Positions 1 to 7,508 of a DNA stretch of 62,238 nt are shown one piece after another; the stretch's first letter is position 1; every line of letters begins with the position of its first letter. The stretch comes from Chloroflexota bacterium. Lineage in GTDB: Bacteria > Chloroflexota > Dehalococcoidia > Lucifugimonadales > UBA3495. The DNA lies in assembly GCA_009840175.1 (NCBI GenBank), contig VXOI01000043.1, forward strand, positions 1 through 62,238. Direction: 5' to 3'. The notes beneath the pieces were generated by a model. That model did no database searches. It had not been told where the DNA came from and saw only the letters and a list, made by a program, of their open reading frames with translations. The translations under genes and the position numbers were made by a program.

Positions 1-1830
1 GGCGCGACCTGACTGCTAATGTCGGTCATTCCTCTTGACATTCGAGACAGTTGCTTCTCCCTACCCCCTGAGATGTTTGAACAGCTGCAGCGGGTGAAGG
101 ACGAGGAGGGCCGCGACATGAGCGAACTAGTGCGCGAAGCCCTCCGCCTGTATATGGAAGATCGGGAACTGCGCCGGGAGCAACGCCTGGAACGACTGCG
201 CTCCCGACAGGCCAATCAATCAGAGGAAAATGGAGGACACAGCGATGAGTAAGAATACCGACCTGGCCCCCGTGGCCCTCTACGCCCGGGTGTCCAGCGA
301 ACGCCAGGACGTGGACCTCTCCGTCGCCGCCCAGCTTCGGGCGCTTCACGACTACGCCGACAAGAACGGCTACCTGGTCGTGCGGGAGTACATCGACGAG
401 GCCGAGAGCGGCAGGATCGCCGACCGCCCCCAGTTCCGCAAGATGCTGGACGAAGCCAGCAAACCGGAAGCCCCTTTCCACGAGATTCTTGTCTGGAAAT
501 TTTCGAGGTTCACCCGAAAGCGGGAACACGCCGTGGCCTTCAAGTCTATGCTCCGCAGGAAAGGCGTCCGCGTGGTCTCCATCACCGAGCACGCCGACGA
601 CACCCCCACTGGCAAGCTCATGGAGGCCATCATCGAGTCCGTGGACGAGTTCTACTCGGAGAATTTAGCGCAGGAAGTGACGCGGGGAATGCGCGAGGCG
701 GCCTCCCGGGGCTTCTGGATGACCACCTACGCCCCCTACGGCTACCGCCGGGTCTACGTCCAGGATGGCGCCAAGAAGCGTCCCCGCTTGGAACTCAACC
801 CGCCCCACGACGCAGTGGTAAGGCGCATCTTCGACCTCACCCTCCAGGGCAGGACCACCCTGGACATCCTCAAGACCCTGAATGCCGAGGGCATTCCCTC
901 TTCTCATGGAAAGCGGTGGACCAAGACCACCATCCACAAGCTCCTGGTCAACGAAGCCTACACCGGCACTTTGGTCTGGGGAGCCAATGCCAAAGACGGC
1001 CAGGAGCCGGTGCGGGTAAAGGACGCCTTCCCCGCCATCGTCTCCCAACAGGAGTTCCAGCGGGTCAGGAAGCTTCTGGAATCCCGCGCGCCGGCAATCA
1101 CCCACCCCCGCCGCGCCGCCAGTCCCTACCTGCTCAGCGGGCTGGCCAAGTGCGAGACCTGCGGCAAGGCCCTCTCCGCCTCCGAAGCCAAGAGCGGCAA
1201 GTACACCTACTACGTCTGCCAGTCCATCCTCAAACTGGGCAGCGGTTCTTGCCACACCCCCAGGCTGAATGCCAAGTCATTCGAGGAGATCATCATCTCC
1301 AACATCAGGGACCACATCCTCACCGAGAGCAACATCCGCGACTTGGTGAAACTGCTGGACGAGGAGATGGACGGGGTGGCAAGGGAGCAGCGGCAGAGCC
1401 TGGAAACCATCGAGGCCGAGTTGGAAGAGGTGAAGCGGAAGCTGGATCGCATCTGGCACTTCGTGGAGAGCACCGACCTGGACATGGCCGACGCCTCGGA
1501 GCGCATCCTGGAACACCGGCATCGCCGGGAGCAACTGGAAGCCGCCGCTGAGGAAGCGCGGGACGTGCTGGGCCAGAGGCGGGAACTGCTGGACAGTGCC
1601 GATACCATCGCCGCCTTTGCCGCCGACATGAGCGCGTTTCTCAAGACCAGCGAACTTACCGAGACAAAGGCGTTCGTGAGATCATTCGTCAAGGAGGTGC
1701 TGGTGCGGCCCGGCGCGGCGACGATTGTCTACACCATCCCTACGCCGCAAGACAGTCCGATAGGAGGGGCGGACGCCGCCGAAATCGCTCTGGGCGGCGG
1801 CGTTCGCAGTATTGGATATGGTGGTACCCC
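1..1830. mobile_element. End of a genomic island integrated at the 3' end of tRNA-Arg(CCT); the rest lies left of the window
   Basis: Recombinase and RHH gene abut and overlap the tRNA 3' end; second att copy not in window. Confidence 0.7.
19..252 (+). CDS. CopG/ribbon-helix-helix DNA-binding protein
   Basis: RHH-like pattern SLPPEMFEQLQRVKDEEGRDMSELVREALRLY; stop overlaps recombinase start; true start uncertain. Confidence 0.65.
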   Translation: MSVIPLDIRDSCFSLPPEMFEQLQRVKDEEGRDMSELVREALRLYMEDRELRREQRLERLRSRQANQSEENGGHSDE

Positions 1831-1906
1831 TGGAGGGACTCGAACCCCCGACGCGCAACTTAGGACGCTGCCGCTCTATCCTCTGAGCTACAGGGGCATG
1901 ACGTAA
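245..1906 (+). CDS. Large serine recombinase (resolvase + recombinase + Zn-ribbon domains)
   Basis: ALYARVSS catalytic Ser motif, DEAESG..DRPQF, APYGY, YLLSGLAKCETCG..YYVC Zn ribbon, coiled coil; ATG 245 after GGAGG; C-terminus runs antisense through tRNA-Arg. Confidence 0.93.
   Translation: MSKNTDLAPVALYARVSSERQDVDLSVAAQLRALHDYADKNGYLVVREYIDEAESGRIADRPQFRKMLDEASKPEAPFHEILVWKFSRFTRKREHAVAFKSMLRRKGVRVVSITEHADDTPTGKLMEAIIESVDEFYSENLAQEVTRGMREAASRGFWMTTYAPYGYRRVYVQDGAKKRPRLELNPPHDAVVRRIFDLTLQGRTTLDILKTLNAEGIPSSHGKRWTKTTIHKLLVNEAYTGTLVWGANAKDGQEPVRVKDAFPAIVSQQEFQRVRKLLESRAPAITHPRRAASPYLLSGLAKCETCGKALSASEAKSGKYTYYVCQSILKLGSGSCHTPRLNAKSFEEIIISNIRDHILTESNIRDLVKLLDEEMDGVAREQRQSLETIEAELEEVKRKLDRIWHFVESTDLDMADASERILEHRHRREQLEAAAEEARDVLGQRRELLDSADTIAAFAADMSAFLKTSELTETKAFVRSFVKEVLVRPGAATIVYTIPTPQDSPIGGADAAEIALGGGVRSIGYGGTPGGTRTPDAQLRTLPLYPLSYRGMT
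1822..1897 (-). tRNA. tRNA-Arg(CCT)
   Basis: Reverse complement GCCCCTGTAGCTCAGAGGATAGAGCGGCAGCGT-CCT-AAGTTGCGCGTCGGGGGTTCGAGTCCCTCCAGGGGTACCA; 76 nt, cloverleaf, CCA end. Confidence 0.95.
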
Positions 1907-1913
1907 TGAATGT

Positions 1914-1989
1914 TGGTGGAGACAGGGGGGATCGAACCCCCAACCTCGGCATTGCGAACGCCGCGCTCTCCCAATTGAGCTATGTCCCC
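1914..1989 (-). tRNA. tRNA-Ala(CGC)
   Basis: GGGGACATAGCTCAATTGGGAGAGCGCGGCGTT-CGC-AATGCCG...GTTCGATCCCCCCTGTCTCCACCA; G3:U70 Ala determinant; 76 nt. Confidence 0.95.
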
Positions 1990-2034
1990 ACGCAGAGTGG
2001 CCATACCCGTAACACAGGGCAAGACCTCTATCGA

Positions 2035-2064
2035 ATCGTAGGCCCGCCGTATAGCGGCTGTCAA
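2035..2064 (-). promoter_or_regulatory. sigma70-type promoter for the tRNA pair
   Basis: Minus strand TTGACA-N18-TACGAT upstream of tRNA-Ala. Confidence 0.7.
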
Positions 2065-2097
2065 GTCGAGCAGCCCGCCGAACTGACGCCTTCTCTA

Positions 2098-2132
2098 CCT
2101 CTCCCTTGAGGGAGAGGGTTGGGGAGAGGGTG
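2098..2132. repeat. CCCTCTCCC..GGGAGAGGG palindromic repeat (family A)
   Basis: Hairpin plus GGTTGGGGAGAGGG tail; related copies at 4561, 5833, 15752, 24501. Confidence 0.8.
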
Positions 2133-2226
2133 AAACCCCTTGCGACAAAATTCTCCGGGCCTCAGTGCTACAATTGCATAGATTTGGAGCATTAGCGCGA
2201 CTGTATTCCGCAGGGAGGGCAGAATT

Positions 2227-3228
2227 ATGGCTACGCTGGTCACCGGGGGAACCGGGTTTGTCGGAGCAAACATCGTCCGGGAACTGGCCCGGGCCGGGCA
2301 TGAGGTGGTCAGCTACGATGTCGCCCCTGCTGACGAATTGGTTCGGCAGTTCGTCGCGGAGTGGGAGGGCGGCATTACCTTCGTCCAGGGCGACATCCGC
2401 GACCGGGAGGGCGTGGCTGGGTTGGCGAATAGCCACGTCATAGACAAGGTCATCCACGCCGCTACCTACACGGTGAACCAGCGTGACCTAGAGGTGGAGC
2501 GGGGGCGCGACGTCATCGGCATCAATGTCGAAGGGCTGGCCAACGTGCTGGAACTGGCGCGGATTGCGGGGGTGCGACGCTTCGTCTACGTCAGCTCCGG
2601 CGCGGCCTACGGGCTGGCGGCGGGAACAGACCAGACATATAGCGAGGATATGCCCGCCGCGCCGGATTCCATGTACGGCATCACCAAGTACGCCGGAGAG
2701 CTGATTACTCGGCGCTATGGCGAGCTGTACGGGTTCGAGCAGGCCAGCGTGCGCCTCAGCACTCCCTACGGCCCCATGGAGCGGGTCACGGGCCACCGCG
2801 CCGTGATGTCGGCCCTGTACCAGTGGACCGGGCAGGTGGCGCGGGGCGAGCCGCTGTCGGTGCAGGCCGAGTCCTTCGCCCCGGACGACGGCCGCGACTA
2901 CACCTACGCCGTGGACACCGCCCGAGGCTTGCAGGCGATTCTCGACGCCCCGGAACTGCCCCATGACCTATACAACCTGACCACCGGCGTCTGGATAACC
3001 TACCGCGAAATCCTGGACGCAATTTCAGACCTGGTGCCGAGAAGCGACCCGAGGCCGGTCAGCGCCGCCGACACCGCGGCGGCCAGGGCCCGCGCCTCCG
3101 TTCCATCCCGGGGGCCGCTGTCGGCCCACCGGTTGCGGCAGGACCTGGGCTGGCAGCCGGAGTTCGACCTTCGCGCCGGGCTGGCCGACTACCTGCAATG
3201 GCGGCGGGAGTCAGAGTTTACGGCGTAA
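2227..3228 (+). CDS. NAD-dependent epimerase/dehydratase
   Basis: VTGGTGFVG Rossmann motif, YGITK (YxxxK). Confidence 0.9.
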   Translation: MATLVTGGTGFVGANIVRELARAGHEVVSYDVAPADELVRQFVAEWEGGITFVQGDIRDREGVAGLANSHVIDKVIHAATYTVNQRDLEVERGRDVIGINVEGLANVLELARIAGVRRFVYVSSGAAYGLAAGTDQTYSEDMPAAPDSMYGITKYAGELITRRYGELYGFEQASVRLSTPYGPMERVTGHRAVMSALYQWTGQVARGEPLSVQAESFAPDDGRDYTYAVDTARGLQAILDAPELPHDLYNLTTGVWITYREILDAISDLVPRSDPRPVSAADTAAARARASVPSRGPLSAHRLRQDLGWQPEFDLRAGLADYLQWRRESEFTA

Positions 3229-3266
3229 ATTAAACGCCGAGTGCGCCAAGAACGCAGAGGTTTTTC

Positions 3267-4421
3267 GTGGAAATCGAGCGCTTCAGGATAGACGTGCCCC
3301 AGGGCGTGCTGGACGATCTGGCGGCGCGGCTGGCGGATACCCGCTGGCCCGACGAGATTCCCGGCGAAGGGTGGGACTACGGCACCGACCCGGCGTACCT
3401 GCGGGAACTGGTGGAGTACTGGCGGACGGGGTACGACTGGCGGGCGCAGGAGCGGGCGCTCAACCAGTTCGACCACTTCCGGGCGACGGTTGACGGCCTC
3501 GGCGTTCACTTCATCCACGCCCGCGGCAAGGGGCCGGACCCTTTTCCGCTGATAATCTCCCACGGCTGGCCGGGGTCGGTGGTGGAGATGCTGAAGATCA
3601 TCCCCATGCTGACCGACCCGGCATCCCACGGCGGCGAGGCCAGCGATTCCTTCGATGTTGTAGTACCGTCGCTGCCCGGCTATGGGTTTTCCGACAAGCC
3701 GATTAACCGGGGCATGAGCAATACCCGCGTCGCCAGGATGTGGCACAGACTGATGACCGAGGGGCTGGACTACCGTCGGTTCGGGGCGCAGGGCGGCGAC
3801 TGGGGCGGGATGATTAGCTCGCGGCTGGGCTTCGACTTCCCGGAGTCGGTGGCCGGGGTGCACCTGAACCTGATGACCGGCGTGCCCGCCTTTCTCGGCG
3901 CGCCCGATCCGCCGTTGACGGAGGCCGAGCAGGAGTTCCTGCGTCAAGCCCGCCGCTGGTTCGATGATGAGGGCGGCTACTTTCACATCCAGCGCACCAA
4001 GCCGCAGACCCTGGGCTTCGGCCTGAACGATTCCCCGGTCGGACTGGCGGCCTGGATAATCGAGAAGTTCCGCACCTGGTCCGACTGCGGCGGCAACCCG
4101 GAGAACAGCTACACCCGAGACGAACTGCTGACCAACATCATGCTCTACTGGGTGAACCAGACTGGCCCGTCATCGGTGCGGCACTACTACGAGAACCGGG
4201 TGGACAACTGGCGCTTCCAGCCCGGCGAGCGGGTGGAGGCGCCATGCGCCGTGGCCCTGTTCCCCGTCGAGATCAACCGCCCGCCCCGCGAGTGGGCCGA
4301 GCGCACCCACAACGTGCAGCGCTGGACCGAGATGCCCCGCGGCGGTCATTTCGCCGCCATGGAGCAGCCGCAACTGCTGGCCGAGGACATCCGCGCCTTT
4401 TTCCGGGGGCTGCGGGATTAG
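3267..4421 (+). CDS. Epoxide hydrolase (EHN + alpha/beta hydrolase)
   Basis: N-terminal L..RL..TRWP, HGWPGS, GGDWG, GGHFAAMEQP. Confidence 0.92.
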   Translation: MEIERFRIDVPQGVLDDLAARLADTRWPDEIPGEGWDYGTDPAYLRELVEYWRTGYDWRAQERALNQFDHFRATVDGLGVHFIHARGKGPDPFPLIISHGWPGSVVEMLKIIPMLTDPASHGGEASDSFDVVVPSLPGYGFSDKPINRGMSNTRVARMWHRLMTEGLDYRRFGAQGGDWGGMISSRLGFDFPESVAGVHLNLMTGVPAFLGAPDPPLTEAEQEFLRQARRWFDDEGGYFHIQRTKPQTLGFGLNDSPVGLAAWIIEKFRTWSDCGGNPENSYTRDELLTNIMLYWVNQTGPSSVRHYYENRVDNWRFQPGERVEAPCAVALFPVEINRPPREWAERTHNVQRWTEMPRGGHFAAMEQPQLLAEDIRAFFRGLRD

Positions 4422-4453
4422 CTCCGGCTCAGAGAGTAAGTGCGGCGGAGGCA

Positions 4454-4535
4454 ATTGTCTGAACTGTGATTTATTAGATTATAGGATTTTCAGGATTTGT
4501 CTTATCCTGAGTATTCTAATCCTGACAGTCCTGAT
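4454..4535. repeat. AT-rich intergenic repeat (TTGTCTGAACTGTGATT + AGGATT/ATCCTGA units)
   Basis: Inverted copy AATCACAGTTCAGACAA at ~22934-22951. Confidence 0.55.
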
Positions 4536-4560
4536 AGGAGTTACGCAGTTGGACAGGACG

Positions 4561-4594
4561 CCCTCACCCTAACCCTCTTCCAGAGGGAGAGGGG
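4561..4594. repeat. Family A palindromic repeat
   Basis: CCCTCACCCTAACCCTCTTCCAGAGGGAGAGGGG. Confidence 0.8.
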
Positions 4595-4670
4595 ATAGCT
4601 TTCAACTGCGTAACTGCTATCTTGATTCAGATATAATGCCTTTGCCAACGCTTTCAGGAGCAATTCGCCC

Positions 4671-4961
4671 ATGGTATCTCCATACAGGTTTCAGGTTGAC
4701 CAGCGGGTGCAAATCCGCAGGCGCGGGGGCGGCAGGCACCGGCAGCCCCCGGAGAGCATCAGGGGCGCGCTGGGCGTCATCGCGCCGCAGATGACTGACG
4801 ACTGGTCCGGCACCAAGTTGGAGCTGGAGGCCGGCATTCCCAACGTCTACTACGTGGCGCTGGACAGCGGCCTCACCGAACTCATTGCCGAGGACTGGCT
4901 GGAGGACGCGCCGGCGGATGCGCCGCCCCCTCCTGCCCCTCAATCCAATTTCCCCAACTGA
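4671..4961 (+). CDS. Hypothetical protein (possible SH3-like small beta domain)
   Basis: 96-aa ORF, FQVDQRVQIR...YYVALD..IAEDWLE, upstream AGGAG. Confidence 0.6.
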   Translation: MVSPYRFQVDQRVQIRRRGGGRHRQPPESIRGALGVIAPQMTDDWSGTKLELEAGIPNVYYVALDSGLTELIAEDWLEDAPADAPPPPAPQSNFPN

Positions 4962-4975
4962 GAAGAGGTGACACT

Positions 4976-5794
4976 ATGGACTTCGGACTCGTGGACAAGA
5001 AGGCATTCGTAGGAGGAGCCAGCCGGGGCATCGGCAAGGCCATCGCGCTGGAACTGGCCAGGGAGGGCTGCGACGTGGTCATTGCGTCTCGCACCATGAC
5101 CGACCTGGAGCAGTCAGCGCAGGAAATTTCCGAAGCTACGGGGCGGACGATCATTCCCATCGCAATGGACGCCACCAATACGGAGCAGGTGGACCGGGTT
5201 GTAGCCGAAGCCGCCGAGCGGCTGGGCGGACTGCACATCCTGGTCAACAGCGCCTCGCTCCCCGGCGGCTCTGCGGATGCAATCGGCCCCATTGATACGG
5301 TCAACGAAGATTCCCTCCTCAGTGACTTCGACGTGAAGTACGTCGGCGCGCTGCGCTGCGCGCGGGCGGCAATCCCCTTCCTGAAGGAACAGGGCTGGGG
5401 TCGCATCGTCAACATCAGCGGCGGCAACGGACGCACCGCCGGCAACCTGAGCGGTGGGGCCCGCAACGTCTCGATGGTGCACATGACCAAGACGCTGGCG
5501 ATGCAGCTGGGCCGGTTCGGCATCACGGTCAACTGCATCCACCCCGGCACCACGCGCACCGAGCGCACGCCGGGGCTGCTGGAAGCCCGCGCCGCGCAAC
5601 TGGGCATTCCGGTCAGCGAGGTGGAAGCGCACGACTTCGCCCCGGACTCGCCGCGCGGCAACCATATCTGCCGGATGGTGGACGGCTCGGAGATCGGCTA
5701 CCTGACCTGCTACCTGGCGTCGGACAAGGCCTGGGCGGTGACCGGCGAGGTCATAGCCGCCGGGGGCGGCACTGGCGCCGCGGTGTACTACTAG
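4976..5794 (+). CDS. SDR family oxidoreductase
   Basis: GASRGIG, ILVNSA, ITVNCIHPG, VTGEVI. Confidence 0.9.
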   Translation: MDFGLVDKKAFVGGASRGIGKAIALELAREGCDVVIASRTMTDLEQSAQEISEATGRTIIPIAMDATNTEQVDRVVAEAAERLGGLHILVNSASLPGGSADAIGPIDTVNEDSLLSDFDVKYVGALRCARAAIPFLKEQGWGRIVNISGGNGRTAGNLSGGARNVSMVHMTKTLAMQLGRFGITVNCIHPGTTRTERTPGLLEARAAQLGIPVSEVEAHDFAPDSPRGNHICRMVDGSEIGYLTCYLASDKAWAVTGEVIAAGGGTGAAVYY

Positions 5795-5805
5795 GGGCGG
5801 CAGCC

Positions 5806-6507
5806 ATGAATGCTCTCGACAACGGGACTGCATCCCCCTCCCCCAGTGCGGGAGAGGGCCGGGGAGAGGTGGATATGCTGGACGCGGTGGAGCGGCTGGA
5901 CATCTGCCTGATTGACCCATCATACGGAATCAAGGAGACGCAGGGGATTGCCGGCGTCTCCGCCGCGGCAATTCGTCGGTGGCTGTCCGGCTATCCGGCT
6001 GACATACGGGAGATGAAAGCTCAGTGGATAAACCATAATGACAAGTCGCCCGATCCCCTGCGGGTCTCTTTTCTGGAGTTGATTGAAATTCTGGTGGCGG
6101 GCAAATTCAGGGCCGCTACCGGCAAGAGTTTCGCAGCAGTCCAAAAACACAATGCCGCCCTGTCATCGGAATGGGAAGCCCCCTTTCCCTTTGCCCATGA
6201 GAATTTGCCGGCATTGGCGGTCCGAGGAGAGAAGCTGCTGAAGCCGGTTGTTCATACTCTGAAACAAATGGACTACGAAAACGGCTATGTGTCGCTTTGG
6301 TATCCAATGGGCAAAGAACAGCCTATCACCGTAGACCCGCGCCGCGGCTCCGGAAGGCCGGTAGTCAAGGGCAGAAGGGTCAGAGTGCAGGACATAAGAG
6401 GGCGCTTCAAGTCAGGTGAGTCCGTGGAGTTTATAGCCTACGATTTCGACCTTGAGCGGACCGATGTTGAAGCGGCTTTGAGGTATGCTCTCCTCGTCAC
6501 CCCATGA
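5806..6507 (+). CDS. DUF433-domain antitoxin-like protein (HTH + DUF433)
   Basis: VDPRRGSGRPVVKGRRV...GESVEFIAYDFDL..DVEAALRY; alternative start 5875. Confidence 0.85.
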   Translation: MNALDNGTASPSPSAGEGRGEVDMLDAVERLDICLIDPSYGIKETQGIAGVSAAAIRRWLSGYPADIREMKAQWINHNDKSPDPLRVSFLELIEILVAGKFRAATGKSFAAVQKHNAALSSEWEAPFPFAHENLPALAVRGEKLLKPVVHTLKQMDYENGYVSLWYPMGKEQPITVDPRRGSGRPVVKGRRVRVQDIRGRFKSGESVEFIAYDFDLERTDVEAALRYALLVTP

Positions 6508-6896
6508 TTTTGCTCTGTGACGAAAATCTAGGAAGAGTCATACCCGAAGAACTGAACTGGAAGGGCCATGATGCCCGTTCATCCAGGAGCTTGGGATGGC
6601 TGAGCAAACCCGATGTAGATTGGCTGCCAGAAGCCGGTCTTATGGCGGACTCCCTGGTACTGTCTTGCGACAGGATGATGATAAAAAAAGGAAGTGAACT
6701 CCAAGCAATCATAAGCAACAACGTCGGGATTGTGTTCCTGACCAGCGGTGAAGAACCAGTTGAAAATGTAGTGCGATTATTGTCAGCGAGTTGGAGCCTG
6801 CTTGAGCAGGTTCACCTTAATACGCCTCGTCCTTTCGCCAGATTCCTCACTCCTGACGGTCAACTTCTGGATGAGTATGACGGGCGAAGTCTTTGA
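6504..6896 (+). CDS. PIN-like toxin (DUF5615/VapC45-like)
   Basis: LLCDENL, PDVDWL, VLSCD; ATGA overlap with DUF433 gene. Confidence 0.8.
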   Translation: MILLCDENLGRVIPEELNWKGHDARSSRSLGWLSKPDVDWLPEAGLMADSLVLSCDRMMIKKGSELQAIISNNVGIVFLTSGEEPVENVVRLLSASWSLLEQVHLNTPRPFARFLTPDGQLLDEYDGRSL

Positions 6897-6920
6897 ATTA
6901 CCTCTGATAGAGAGCATTTG

Positions 6921-7481
6921 ATGAAGACCACCCAATTCATCGCAGACTGCCTGGCCCAGACACACCTGCGGCTGCACGCCACCTGCGAGGGGCTGACGGC
7001 GGAGCAGGTGCTGTGGCGGCCCGCGCCCACTGCCAACAACATCGGCTTCATCCTCTGGCACATGGGACGCCACGAGGACAGCCGCGTCACAGCCACCGCC
7101 TGTGGCGCTGAGGGCTTCGAGGCCGACCTGTGGGCTGCCGACGGCTGGCACGAGCGGTTCGAGCAACCCGTGACCGCGCCCGACCCCGGCGACCGGCTGG
7201 GGCTGCGGAGCCTGGCCATTCCTGCGCCCGATGTGCTGCTGTCATACTTCAAGGCAGTCAACGAACGCACCATGCGGTTCGTCGCATCACTGGATGACGA
7301 CAAATTGGACGCCTTCATAACCTCCAGCGAGCCTCGTCAGACGGTTGCCGACTCGCTTCGCCACGTAATCGTCCACCAGAACAACCACCACGGCCAGATA
7401 GACTACCTGCGCGGCTTGCAGGAAGAGGACTGGGACCTGCCCAGAGGCACCGGGGGCATCCTTCCCAATCGGTCAGTATAG
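6921..7481 (+). CDS. DinB family protein
   Basis: NNIGFILWHM...HQNNHHGQIDYLRG. Confidence 0.85.
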   Translation: MKTTQFIADCLAQTHLRLHATCEGLTAEQVLWRPAPTANNIGFILWHMGRHEDSRVTATACGAEGFEADLWAADGWHERFEQPVTAPDPGDRLGLRSLAIPAPDVLLSYFKAVNERTMRFVASLDDDKLDAFITSSEPRQTVADSLRHVIVHQNNHHGQIDYLRGLQEEDWDLPRGTGGILPNRSV

Positions 7482-7508
7482 ACAAAAGCACCATCATCTG
7501 GGGGAGAT

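Noticed and set aside
1906-2109. 67-aa ORF
   Set aside because: Antisense translation of tRNA-Ala and its promoter
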